A stretch of DNA of 63,939 bases, filler included, from Rhabdomonas costata (GCA_019059605.1; 54 parts of 54 records of this genome joined end to end with filler, not necessarily neighbours in it); one strand, 5' to 3'. Counted from the whole stretch's first letter, positions 1 through 12,005 are shown. Numbers and translations are program-made. Notes: generated by a model from the letters alone, not told the origin.

Positions 1-390
1 TGTTTTGGTGGCAAGTATTCACCCTTTCGCGCAGACCATTCATGCCATTCACGTGTGTTAAAATTGTTATGGGCGCTGGCCCACGGTGGCTTATGTGCCC
101 ACTCATTCCAAAAGCTCATGGGTCAAGTGCAGCATCCAATCAACAATGACTGAAATAAAACGCTGACTGAAATAAAAAGTTGACTGAAACCTCCGACAAA
201 ACGCAAACTTACAAAAATAGAGTCGGGGTTGAGACTGAGCTGCATCGGTGTTCACACCAATAAGCAAAAGTGGAGATTCTATAACTTCAATTCACGCGCG
301 GAAAAGAAAACGGCGACCAACTTGATATTTAATGACGCAAAGCTTCCGAAAAGCCAGCTTCTTATGAACAGTTGAAGACTTCTCGCACAG

Positions 391-556
391 GGAAGATAAG
401 GAGTGGAAGGGAACCATTGCGTTGGGGGAAGGGGTATTGCTGCCGAGGTCGCCGCTTGGGGCAGCGGGGGTGCTCTCCAGGCCACTCCATGGGGTCAACG
501 GAAGCTTGGCGAGAGTGGAGGACATTTCTCCAACGCCCTCCGGGACTCCGTCGGTC
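391..556 (+). CDS. Possible internal exon, hypothetical protein
   Basis: cgcacag| acceptor and |gtgagt donor flank an open frame EDKEWKGTIALGEGVLLPRSP...; no recognisable family. Confidence 0.3.
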
Positions 557-1086
557 GTGAGTGCGTGTGTTCAGCGCTGGAAAAGGGCCCATCCCTGTCA
601 TTTTGCATCAGTTCCTCTAGGCTAACTGGCGATAGCGGCAGGGGGGATCATGAGAACCGCTGGTAGTCATCAAAACACTGACTCGGGGGAAGGACTTTCG
701 TTGCGATCGTTTGTGCCGCCCTCGATCCCAAATGCGAGTCTCGATCCACTGTCCCCCTCTCCAGAAAACCACAAAATCCCCGCCTACCGTGAAGACCACT
801 GGTAATTACCCCCTCTCGCATCATTGAGTGGGGATGGAAACATTCCCAGGATTCAAAACAGTGGGGTTCCAGTGTTATGTTCTAATTCAGGATGGATGAG
901 CTCCTTTCAGCACCACAGACCTGCTCTCTCTCACACTGAGAATCCTGGATTAAGGACCTATTGGGATCGATTGTGCAATGAAAAAGAACATATACATTTG
1001 TTGTGCATGAAGGGAGAGGGAGAGGAACGTACACACGAAAAAAGAAAGCAGGGCGGGCGGACAATGCGGAAGAATAATAAAGGCTA

Positions 1087-1186
1087 NNNNNNNNNNNNNN
1101 NNNNNNNNNNNNNNNNNNNNNNNNNNNNNNTTAATTAATTAANNNNNNNNNNNNNNNNNNNNNNNNNNNNNNNNNNNNNNNNNNNN
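1087..1186. other. Artificial contig spacer (first of 53; recurs about every 1186 nt up to 62755-62854)
   Basis: N44-TTAATTAATTAA-N44; the 12-mer gives stops in all six frames; identical at every junction. Confidence 0.99.
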
Positions 1187-1256
1187 GGGTTTTTGGGCAT
1201 CAAATCTATACCCATCAGATGGTGACCTTAACTGAACTCTCTCTCTCTCTCTGCAG

Positions 1257-1334
1257 AAGGAGCAGCTGGCATCCGTGAGCGGCAGCTACCAGGAGTTAAT
1301 GAAGAACTTCAGCGAGCAGCAAACGAAGCGCGAG
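1257..1334 (+). CDS. Exon of a coiled-coil-like hypothetical protein (1 of 2 seen)
   Basis: (CT)n-ctgcag| acceptor, 26 codons KEQLASVSGSYQELMKNFSEQQTKRE, |gtgctt donor; phase matches next exon. Confidence 0.7.
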
Positions 1335-1562
1335 GTGCTTATCATCTTCTGAGAAGCTTTTCGTTTGTGCAAGCGGCTGAGTGAGCCATCCCAGTCGCAC
1401 GCACCCACACTCCCAATGTTAGACTATTAGACGCCGTGTGGAGGGAAGGATGTTGCGGGGGAAAGGGAGGATGGTGGACACGTGATGGCGGTGGGGGTAT
1501 TGAATGGATGACTACTTTGTATTGTGATACCTCCGTTTGCATCATCTTGGAACACTTCTCAG

Positions 1563-1625
1563 GCCGACCAGCAGTCACTCATCAAGGCAGAGAAAACGGA
1601 GGCGCAGCTTACCGCTGCGCTTCAG
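1563..1625 (+). CDS. Exon of the same coiled-coil-like protein (2 of 2 seen)
   Basis: cttctcag| acceptor, 21 codons ADQQSLIKAEKTEAQLTAALQ, |gtttgg donor; GT-AG intron 1335-1562. Confidence 0.7.
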
Positions 1626-1718
1626 GTTTGGCTGACCTCTGACACACACACACAAAAAAAAATCCGCAACTGCACTGTACACTTGATAATCAGCCCCGCT
1701 GCCTCTCGGGGCTGAGGG

Positions 1719-2273
1719 ATGTGGCAGCAGCGAGGAAGATGGGAGGGGTATTTACTCCAAAAGAAGAGGCAACCAATCCCAACCCCAGGTCCTCCGAGGG
1801 TGAAGGAGGATAGGCCAAAAGCCGAAAATGGGGACAGCACCACCAAAAGCCAAAGTCGTCATTCGAAGGAAGCACCGCCAGAGAGAGTGCAACAGCCTCG
1901 GGAGCGAGCGAGAGAGGCAGGGAACGAGGGAGAGAGGGCCAGGAGCCGAGAGGAGAGAAGGGGCGGGGAAAGAGGGTGGCGGGGATCAAGCACGGAGCAT
2001 CCAGGGAGAACAGAGACGCAGAGCAGGAGAGGCCGACGGCAGGAAAGAGACCCCCGACACTTCCAGGGGCGAGACATGAAAGCCGCAGCCGAAAGCAGGT
2101 GGAAGACGAGCACGTGTGCCCCAGGAGTGCGATGCTGGCACGGGATATCATGCAAGTTCCAACGGTGTCCCTTTGTGCACGCGAGGGAGGAGCACCTAGA
2201 ACAGACCCGCGCAGAGACGGACCCAGTGCGCAGAAGTAAAAGCGGACCATCGAGCATCGCAAGAAACCAAACC
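1719..2273 (+). other. Charged low-complexity ORF with a CCCH-type zinc-finger motif; possibly a mobile-element ORF inside an intron
   Basis: CWHGISCKFQRCPFVH (C-x5-C-x4-C-x3-H) at 2133-2180; lies after the donor at 1626. Confidence 0.3.
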
Positions 2274-2445
2274 NNNNNNNNNNNNNNNNNNNNNNNNNNN
2301 NNNNNNNNNNNNNNNNNTTAATTAATTAANNNNNNNNNNNNNNNNNNNNNNNNNNNNNNNNNNNNNNNNNNNNGGGTGTGGTTAACCATCAAAGCGCACA
2401 AATTGTGATTTCTTTCGGAGTTGTGGGGGAGGGGGCATGGAAAAC

Positions 2446-2643
2446 CCGCTCCACAGGGACTTCCCGGGTGTGGTTCACCTCGACGGTCACCACCTTCTCC
2501 GTCATCATCATTGCCCGGGCGGTGGTGTGGTGCGGGGGGAGCATGGCGTCGCAGGGCAGCATCACGCCTGCAGGGGGGGCACCGGCACGAGGAGTGCCTG
2601 TCGTCGCCGTGGCGGCAACAGCGCCCCCAGTGAAGATGTTGCT
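2446..2643 (-). CDS. Exon of an articulin/epiplasmin-like (VPV-repeat) cortical protein
   Basis: ctctcag| acceptor, 66 codons ending MTEKVVTVEVNHTREVPVER, |gttttc donor; not in the ORF track. Confidence 0.55.
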
Positions 2644-5600
2644 CTGAGAGTGAGTGTCCGCCAGGGAGTGTGTGGGAGCGATGGTGGATTTATCGCTCGG
2701 TGACTGCCGTGCCGGTCTGTTAGCAGACTTTTTTCACTGTGCGTGTGCGTGTGCATGCGTGCCAATGATGATGTAGCTTCCAAATGACATTGGCAAAACG
2801 TAAAAAGGGGCAAAAGGGAAAAATGGGTCAAGGGTAAGCTGCTGAGGCCCGGCAGGGTACCATGTAGCCCGAGCCCGAGGAGGAGTTCAGCACGGGAAGC
2901 ATTCGTGGAGAGGTAACCCCACCCGCCTCAGCCTGTGACCACAAGAAAAAGAGCAGCACATCCACCAACCACCCGCAATTCAACACGCATTGCTAAGGGG
3001 GAAACCTGGAGGCCCCATCAGGCTGGTGCCAGCCTCAACTCGTGTTGCCGAGTATCAAACACCGCACTCCTTCGCCCTTGGGGGGTTCCCGTTCTGGAAT
3101 GGAAAGGACCACCGAAACTCAACACTTTCGGCACTTCCCATGCCGCAACAAACAGCCACAGGACAGGGCATGGGCGCGAGGAGCGGGGTCTCAGGTCCAC
3201 ACACCGCTAAGGTCGGCGACGGGGAGGAGAAGTACCGCAGGGTTCGCGGAGACGCCGCGCTCCCGGCGACGCCCGCTTCGGACTGAATCTAAGCAGCAAT
3301 AGGGTGTGCTAAGCGGAAACATGGTGTGCGTCCTGAGAGGGTTGTGAGGGAGGTGACAGGGGTCGTCAGAGATTGAAATAACTGAGAGACTTGCTGCCTC
3401 AATCGAGCCATTATCGGGGTTTTTGAGACCGCTTCGCCCTTTGCCCTCACCCCAAAAACNNNNNNNNNNNNNNNNNNNNNNNNNNNNNNNNNNNNNNNNN
3501 NNNTTAATTAATTAANNNNNNNNNNNNNNNNNNNNNNNNNNNNNNNNNNNNNNNNNNNNGTTTTGTTGGAGAGTGTTATACAATAGTTTCAGTACGGAGG
3601 CCAGCGGAGATCAGCGGAGGTCAGCCTGGGATCGGGGCGATGCTATCTTAATGTTCAGGTGCTGCTAAGGGACCAATCCACTGACAGTTTTGGCCATTTT
3701 AGCCGCACCGGGGCCACATAACTGTGCCAGCCATCCTGTAATGTGTTTTATTTTATCTAAAGGATTCGGCATACGGTGCTAGCGCTCCCCTAGGTAATTT
3801 CTGGGTTTGAAGAGAAGAAGAAACTTCGGCGGTTTAGCAGTGCCTATACCTTTAGCCGACTGAAGAGAAGCCCCTTAAATGTGCTAAGTATACCAGCCAA
3901 GTGAAAAGTGAAAGAAAGCTACATGTGTCGAGTATTCTTTCCAGAACCCGGGAAACAACCCTAAGCTCAAAGGTAGTGAGGTTGGTATGGAGGAGCGCCG
4001 TTTTAGTGCAGAGCCAAAATGGTCAGACACGGCCACGACTGGCAGGCGCCAGGCGGTAGGAAATAACGCGGGATGTTGCCCAATGTGCTGCAAGTGCAGC
4101 ACCAGCGAGTCTGCACCGCATATCCTCTGAGCGAAAGCCAGAACAACAACCACGAGAGAAACTGAATGCAAAGCAGCTGTGGTGCGGTTTCAGGAGATGA
4201 ACATTCAGTACGACAGAGGAAGAAAAGCTGTAAAAAAAAACAGGCCAATTTCTTTTGATTGGGGCTTGAAGTCGAAGTTTGTGGGCCATCGTACCTCCAG
4301 CGCTTAATCACAGCGAGCTTCTTCAAAGCAAGCTGCACCCGGCAACGCAAACGAGCAAGTAAACAAACACGTCAAGGCGGACTCTATTTCCACCTGCAAC
4401 AGTAGAATCACAGAGGCAGAAGTTGCCCCAAGCTATGAGGACACAACAAAGAATGCAGTTCCCAGCACGACCTCTCGCTGTGAAAGAAAAACTTTTGCAA
4501 TAAAATACCCATCAGGAAGAAATGCAACCAAAAGAGAGGTCTCCACATTGCGTCGCTAGCTCCGTTTTGGTTTGCTTTCAGTTTGTGCTCCAATAATATT
4601 AGAAAGCTACCAACACTCTTTCTTTGTTGCCTTCACATCTCTTACNNNNNNNNNNNNNNNNNNNNNNNNNNNNNNNNNNNNNNNNNNNNTTAATTAATTA
4701 ANNNNNNNNNNNNNNNNNNNNNNNNNNNNNNNNNNNNNNNNNNNNGGTGGTTTGTGGGCCCTGTGGGTGGAATTTGCCAATGAACCTTTCCACTCCTACT
4801 TCTAAAACCATCGCATCATGTATCTCTGTCTTAATATTCGTGTCCTACACACATACTATCCAGAGACAACTCTGTGCGCTGGACTCCTCAGCCCACGACA
4901 GAGAGGTAGAGAGGGGGTGAGATTGGAGGAGAGGACTGGAGTCTTGATAGGCTGTCCAAAAACGGGAGTGATGTGCAGGAATGTGCAATCGGATAAAAAT
5001 CAAGGCTGGTGCTGTGCGGCGTAGTGTTTTCCCTCTTTTCATGCGGCCTGGTATTCGAGTGCCAATTTTTACCTTTGGTCGTATTTTTGGTCATGCTTGC
5101 CCGATGAGGAAGAGGGGGCAGGGCGGGCGACGCTTCTGATAGGCAGGGATCCCGGGATCATTTTCCTGACTTTGGTCGTGCTTTGCTCGGCCACGGACGA
5201 ACGGCGGCTGAACGAGCAGTGTGGTTGGTTTTCTTTATCTTTGGAACGGGGCAGGGTGCTTAAAGGAGACCGTTGCGCCCTTTGGAGCATTGCAAGCATC
5301 CAAACCCGTTCTCCCAGGACCGTCTTCTTCATGACTATTAAACAAGGTTGATTTTTTATCCCGCGGATGCCCCGGGTTCGCGCCAAAGCGTTGTCTTTGT
5401 CCCTGCCCCAGAGTTTCTTCATGCAGGCCAAAACCCGCAAGCAGACAAAATGGCCTCGCTTGGTCCTTCACCCCGCGCCATTCGAAAACGTAACGGCATC
5501 CTTTTCCGAGGCGCCCCGAATTGACACAGAAAAGTTTTTAACCTTCCAGAACTCCAGCCCCACAAAAGGCCGCCAACCTCCAACCAACAAAATACGAACG

Positions 5601-5756
5601 ACGTGCCTTTAACCATTGTCCACACCCGCCCATTTGTAGCCACTTCCTTAGGACCTTAGCGGTGAACGGCACACCGCCTCAGAGGATTGGGGGGAGGGGT
5701 GGGTGACCCGAAGAAAGATTAACAACCAAAATATAATTTGGTTTCAGGACAAATCA

Positions 5757-5760
<4 letters not shown>

Positions 5761-5795
<35 letters not shown>
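5761..5795. repeat. (AC)n microsatellite
   Basis: About 17 perfect AC units. Confidence 0.95.
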
Positions 5796-5798
<3 letters not shown>

Positions 5799-7118
5799 CG
5801 CACAAGAATTATAAAAGAAAACCCAATTTTCTTNNNNNNNNNNNNNNNNNNNNNNNNNNNNNNNNNNNNNNNNNNNNTTAATTAATTAANNNNNNNNNNN
5901 NNNNNNNNNNNNNNNNNNNNNNNNNNNNNNNNNGTGGGGGTGGTCACGCTGTCCCAGCTTTTGCCAAAGGATGGGACAGGTCCGGACAAAGCTGTGGGAT
6001 GCGGAGGTTTTCGCCGAGGCAGCGGAAAGGGAAATACAAAGAAAAACTACAACAAAGGTCGTGCTCAAGTTCGTCGAACAGAGACAACCCAGGCCCGCTC
6101 ACCCACACACGCATCCAAACGGCTCCTCCACTGCCAGCGTCAAAATGCGGAGCGCGAGGGAAGAGGAGGGTAAAGCGGGTGACGAGCGAAGCCGAGCGAA
6201 AAACCAGAGCCAAAGAAGCCAAGACTGTTCGTCGGCGAAAGAGCGGCCGCAAGCCAAGGCTTGACTTCCACATCCAATGACCGAAAAGTGCCTGGGTACA
6301 CGTAAACAAAGGAGGAAGGGTGGTGTCATTTTCCCAGCTTTTGCCAAGTATAAGGCAGGTCTGGCATAAGGCCCATGGGAAAATCCTACGTTTTAGCCGA
6401 GGCACCGCAAGGATAAAGGGCAGAAAAAAACACAAGAAACGCGTTTTTCAGATTGCAGGGAAATGGCTTCCAACGTACAGCAAAACACGAAGCACAATGC
6501 CTGTTCAAGTCTCCGAAAATGTGTTGCAGGGCGTTTCGGGGAGGGGGGGGGGGTGGTGAAACTTTTCCTTCGTTGGCAACGAGAACAGCAATGAAGTGGA
6601 ATTGCACAAGCAGAGGGCAAGTGCATCCTTCAGAGGAGAGCAAGGTCTTGACACAATTCGCCGTTTATGGAAAGTACGGGAAGTGCAAGGGTCAAGGTAA
6701 AGGGCAAAGGATACGGGGGAAGAGAAGCACCAGAAGACTGCGTCCTTCTAGGTTCAAAATCCCTATTGCTAGGAATCCCGATTCCAAGCGAAAAATTTAC
6801 CATAACTCCCACAAGTCCATTTTGAGGCCTCTGCCAACCCGGCCAGTATACACAGCACTCTGCAAAAGAATACAAGAAATAGCAAAGAATAAAACCCGGC
6901 GACAAACCCACATCCTCATTCCAAAACGCTCACATCCTCATAGAGACCAAATAAGCCAAATCCATCTTTAAACGTACCCCACCCCACCTCCTCTTCCATC
7001 TGATCCACCACCAACAACNNNNNNNNNNNNNNNNNNNNNNNNNNNNNNNNNNNNNNNNNNNNTTAATTAATTAANNNNNNNNNNNNNNNNNNNNNNNNNN
7101 NNNNNNNNNNNNNNNNNN

Positions 7119-7302
7119 TTTGGTTGGCGGCGGGAGGCGAGGGGCATGGGGCGAGCCTCTCGATCTCCCTTAGGAACATCCCGACGTCCCCTCCGGTGTT
7201 CTCGCAGATGAAGAAAACACGGCCGAACACCGGCGGAAGCGCCATGCTGTGCGAGCGCCGGGAGTTGCGGTCGAAGACCTCCCACTTGCCCGCGTTTTGG
7301 AC
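7119..7302 (-). CDS. Exon, hypothetical protein (truncated by contig end)
   Basis: ccctttttag| acceptor then VQNAGKWEVFDRNSRRSHSMALPPVFGRVFFICENTGGDVGMFLREIERLAP; GC-rich third positions. Confidence 0.55.
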
Positions 7303-8696
7303 CTAAAAAGGGACGGGGAAAGTGGCGAAAACAGAAAAGTGGGCGGCCGATCAAGTGAAGGCAATCAAGAGAGGAGGAGGGAAGGTGCTGGTCGTAGGAA
7401 GCGGTGAGACAAAGGAAGAGAGAGTGTGTATGTATCAGCTGGAAGGAAAGAAAAGGGCAGAAAGTGGTCATACGCTTTCATCTCCAAACGCGACAGTCGG
7501 AGGCTCTGTGTGAGAAACAGCACCTCTTCTTTCTCAAATCCTAACCGGAAACAACTTCACAAAAGAGCAATGCATAGTTTTAAAGGAAACACCACTCAGC
7601 GCAGGGAAGGCAGGGAAGCCAAATGCTCCGAATCCTCCCACGCTCCTCGCAGAGACAGAACAGCAGTGCGAAGTTATACCGCGAAACAGCAGAGATGGAT
7701 GGGTGGGAAGTGACGATCACCAAACATATTCTGCCGGGGGCTAAGCGGGGAGGGAAACGCAACTAGAGCAATGCGCAACCTGGAGTTTTTCAGGTGGGTG
7801 AATTCCCATTCCACTGACTTGGGATTGAAGAGGGCTGCACCAAACTTCGCTTCTCTACGGGCAGTGGGATGTTTAACCACTAAACAACCGAGGAGTGTTG
7901 ATGCTTGCGAGAACCCCGCCACCGTACCCCACCATCACCGCGAGCCCCCATCAGGTGCATGCATGTGGGGTTTTCATGCGCACAGTTCGCTTCAAGAACG
8001 GAGCTGTCGTAGCAGCTCATTTATGTCCTTCGAGCAAAGGCTTTCGTGAAGAAAAAACCCACCAATGAGGGAGGAAGAGAAACGAGCGGCGGGCGGGCAT
8101 TGGATGCTCATTCTCCTCATTCTCTCATTCACACACACCGAGGTGGAAAGGATGGGCTCAACTGCAAAGAACGGAAGCAATACCAACCCCCCCCCACCCA
8201 CACNNNNNNNNNNNNNNNNNNNNNNNNNNNNNNNNNNNNNNNNNNNNTTAATTAATTAANNNNNNNNNNNNNNNNNNNNNNNNNNNNNNNNNNNNNNNNN
8301 NNNGGGTTTTACAACCCTTTGTGGAGGTGAGCGAGTTGAAAAGATTGTAAAGAAAATGGAAGAATATGTATAAAAATGCGCAAAATGTTAACATACAGGG
8401 TCCCGTGTCCGGAGCAGTGCAAAACGTTCCACGCACCTCCCCATCGCCGTAAAGAACTCTAACCCTACATTCAGTCGTCACCTTTTCCTCCCCTCGCTCG
8501 TCGCGTTCACGCGTTTTCACAGTTCTCCTTCGCAGTGCATAGGCCTGGCGACGTTCCGGTGCGCAGCGCTGCCCTCCAAAGTTCCAGAGATGCTCAACCT
8601 GCTGCAGGAAAAATGCGCTCACAAAGAAAGTGTCGGCCGGGAGGCGGGGGGCGACTGGTTCGATGGTTTTGCGGTTTTCGCTTCGATTATAATAGG

Positions 8697-9054
8697 CAAA
8701 GCTCGATGTTAAAATGCACTTTTTGGTGTCAATGTTTTCACCAACTGGAACCCCCCCCCCGGAACAATGGATGTTTTTATGGTATGCTGGGCCGCATTGT
8801 AAAGCAACATTGACTATGTGGTGAACGGGGACGTGTGCTTTGCGCGGCAACCGCAAAAGTGCCTCGGCCTTTTCCATCTAAAAAGGCTTAAATTAGGGGT
8901 AAACCGCGGTTGTTGGGCCAGAAACGATGAAAAAAGAAGCAAATTGCAAGGACGCGCCGATGAGTGGAGTGATCGTGTTACAAAGTACTATACTAACTTG
9001 AGGTGAAGCCTCGCCTTCGTGAGAATAGTAAGGTCTGGTGACGGAAAAAGGAAA
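8697..9054 (+). mobile_element. Dispersed MITE-like repeat, copy A (left terminus plus body)
   Basis: Colinear by eye over about 360 nt with the reverse complement of 47443-47813; begins with the terminal motif caaagctcgatgttaaaatgcac. Confidence 0.7.
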
Positions 9055-9207
9055 GATTTTGAACTATTGGCCTCCTTTTTGTAGATGGAGACTGGGTGCA
9101 GAAGTGGTGTCATGTGGTAAATTCATCTGATAGCAGCTGAAGTACCATATACCATTTGTGCGAAGTTACTTCCGTGTGGAGGAAAGGCCTGTTTTGCTGG
9201 TGTTCAG

Positions 9208-9370
9208 GAGATTTGCACGGAGGTAGTGCTGGACAACCCCGTTCGGTTTATGGATCTTGCCAGGATGGCCCTCACGACTAGTGCGGGGATTATTTTCGAC
9301 AAGGACGGCTACATCAGCACCCGGGTCGCGGCCCAGCTCAATCCGTTGGCCTGGCTGGAAGAAAATATGG
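9208..9370 (+). CDS. Exon, hypothetical protein
   Basis: gttcag| acceptor, EICTEVVLDNPVRFMDLARMALTTSAGIIFDKDGYISTRVAAQLNPLAWLEENM, |gtttgt donor (near contig end). Confidence 0.55.
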
Positions 9371-10200
9371 GTTTGTGGGGCACAACCAGNNNNNNNNNNN
9401 NNNNNNNNNNNNNNNNNNNNNNNNNNNNNNNNNTTAATTAATTAANNNNNNNNNNNNNNNNNNNNNNNNNNNNNNNNNNNNNNNNNNNNTTGGGGGAGGG
9501 GGGAGGTGTAGAGGTCAACGTGTATGTGGAAAGCGTGGCCGGTCCGGTTCCAGCCTTTCTCCTTGTGCAGGAATTCGCCCTGGTGATGTCTGTCAAACCC
9601 TTTTTTCCCATGCAGTCTTCTTGCTTGCTCTTTTTGCTTTGTCATCTCTCTTTCTGTGTGGTGTCTCTTTCCCCTGACAGTGCGCGCTCAAAGGAGACTT
9701 GCGGGCGGTGGTGGTGGTGGGGTCCGGTCCTCTCCTGGTCACCGTCACTGCGATGACACCGACACCGGTGGCCTCCTTTGCTGAGCACCCAGGGTTGACT
9801 TTTCAAAGGAGATAGATGGAGAGAGAGTGAGTGGTTAAAAGAGCCATTCGGGATTCGAGAGATTAAGAGAGATGGAGGGCATGTGGAAGTCCAGCCACTG
9901 CTCTCGTCCGTGTTTGCTTTTCTGTGTTCCCTACTGCCTGATGCTTTCTCTTCACTCGTGCACTGCCTCTGTGGTGATGTGTGTCTTCCCCACTTGACAA
10001 GTCCGAAAACAACTTCAAAAAACCTACTGCACCTGTATTCAGTCAGGTACTTAGCAACTAGATTGCACTAGATTGCAGCACTCAAAGGAGCTTACACGCC
10101 GACTCCTCAAACACCACATCCCTTATGGTTCCAGACTTGTCCAAACCCTTGATTCTCCACACTGAAGCTTCAGAAGTTGTCAGAACACGGACGAGAAAGT

Positions 10201-10345
10201 TACGTAAGGCTTGTTTCATGTCGATCTCGGAAGCTTTCACATGCAGATACGTGCGACCCAGTTCTTGAAAAAGAAAAGGCTGGCCTTGAGGTTGAGGTTA
10301 CAACTTGGCGATACGGTTGGGAGCAAAGAGCGCGTGTACACCGCC
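10201..10345 (+). mobile_element. Degenerate Ty3/Gypsy-type pol RNase H fragment
   Basis: LVSCRSRKLSHADTCDPVLEKE...TTWRY resembles the Gypsy RNase H motif VAyxSRKLSxAExxYxxxEKE...WRxY. Confidence 0.45.
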
Positions 10346-10675
10346 CGGCTCCGACAAACCAGACGGCTTGAAAACCCGCAGTCGTTCACACTTGAGTCCT
10401 CATTCACGCCAGGGATAGTGCAAGAACACAGCACGGCCACCCATTCCTTGGACGATCCGGCAAAGGAACATCTGGACAGTTTTCAGTTGAACGAGGTTGT
10501 GATCCGCACACCCGCGCGCCTCGATATTCAATTCGAAATCGTCCTCTTTTGCCGTTTGGTCCCAGAAAAACACCCNNNNNNNNNNNNNNNNNNNNNNNNN
10601 NNNNNNNNNNNNNNNNNNNTTAATTAATTAANNNNNNNNNNNNNNNNNNNNNNNNNNNNNNNNNNNNNNNNNNNN

Positions 10676-11100
10676 TGGGGTGGGCGTACATGCGTTGTTC
10701 AGCAAACGCAAAAGGGACCGATTTGGCTTTTTGGGGGCAAAAGGGGCCAAAATCAAGGCAAAAACGTGGTTTTTGGCTTGAAATGGCCAAAAATGATGAA
10801 AAAAATGAAGCAGCGCTCAAGTACTACGTGCGTAAGTGGGGTGGGGATGCCAGAAAAAATTACTTAGGGTAAAACTCGTATGAGGGTGGGCAATCGGAGA
10901 CTATGACGGAGCCAAGAGAAAGCGAATTATTAGCCATTTTTTTTTACTGTGTGATGGGGCTTTTTCGAATCGAGCTTTGTCGTGTGTTTTCAGAAAATCC
11001 GACCAGCCAAAATGGGTGAAAAAACTGCAAAATAAACAAAAACCAACATTGAGGGGGGAATTATTGTTCGAAAAACGTGCACTTTCAAATCGAGCTTTGT
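10676..11100 (+). mobile_element. Dispersed MITE-like repeat, copy B (body plus right terminus)
   Basis: 10690-10920 is similar to 8830-9050; ends gtgcactttcaaatcgagctttgt (11077-11100), the inverse of the left-terminus motif; a second partial terminal motif ends at 10980. Confidence 0.6.
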
Positions 11101-11152
11101 GTCATTTTTTTTTTTTGCATAATGTTGCATTTTGAGGTCTGATTTTGGCTAG

Positions 11153-11310
11153 GAATGGGAAATTACTTCGAGTTGGCGGAGCAGTTTCACACCCAAAACG
11201 AGCCTGCCTACTGTGCTCCGGGCACCCTGGTAATGGTGCTGAACGCCCTGAGCATTGACCCCGGGCGGATTTGGAAGGGACCCTGGAGGTGGTTCACAGA
11301 AGAGATGTTG
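11153..11310 (+). CDS. PCS: Phytochelatin synthase, exon with the catalytic Cys
   Basis: ggctag| acceptor; [10 protein letters not shown]...[28 protein letters not shown] matches the PCS N-terminal signature; |gtctgt donor. Confidence 0.93.
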
Positions 11311-11927
11311 GTCTGTCCCCCCCCCAAGAAAATCACTGCCTCTTTTTCTGAAGACAAAGGCGACAACACATCAGTTGGACTTCCTGTTGGTGCTGTCTGG
11401 CTATTCTACAACAGCCAGGGTGGATTTGTTAAAATTCGGAACACCCAAAAACCCACTGGTCGGCTCCTTTCTGTCTCCGGTTCCTTTGAAATTTTGGAAA
11501 GGGATAGTTTCGGAAGTTCAAATTCACGGGCACTGTGGCACAGGCACAGGAGTTTTGCAACGGGTGGGTTTCTCCAGAAAGCAAACAATTTACAAAGAAG
11601 AAACGCAAGAGAAACGCAAGGGTTGAATATAAAACGACAGATTGGCGGTCGGGGAAGTGCTGAAGCGGGAAAGTTAAAAGCGGTGCACTGTACATCTGGA
11701 TGTATGCAAGGGGAGGGGGACAGACCAGCATCTCTTCTGTGAACCACCTCCAGGGTCCCCCNNNNNNNNNNNNNNNNNNNNNNNNNNNNNNNNNNNNNNN
11801 NNNNNTTAATTAATTAANNNNNNNNNNNNNNNNNNNNNNNNNNNNNNNNNNNNNNNNNNNNTCCACAGAACCGCCCAGTCCACACATGTGGGGAGGACAT
11901 GGAAGTGTGGAGAGGGTGAGCTTATAC

Positions 11928-12005
11928 GTGTTTCCTGCTCCTCGGGGTGGGCGCTGTAGTACCATGTCTTCAGGCTCTGCGCGACGTCCAGGAACTGGTA
12001 CAGCT
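11928..12005 (-). CDS. Exon, hypothetical protein
   Basis: ttcctccag| acceptor, LYQFLDVAQSLKTWYYSAHPEEQET, |gtataa donor; 78 nt. Confidence 0.6.

Noticed and set aside
11311-11742. C-terminal part of the 195-aa ORF as PCS coding sequence
   Set aside because: Similarity ends at a GT donor at 11311; the rest is intron read-through
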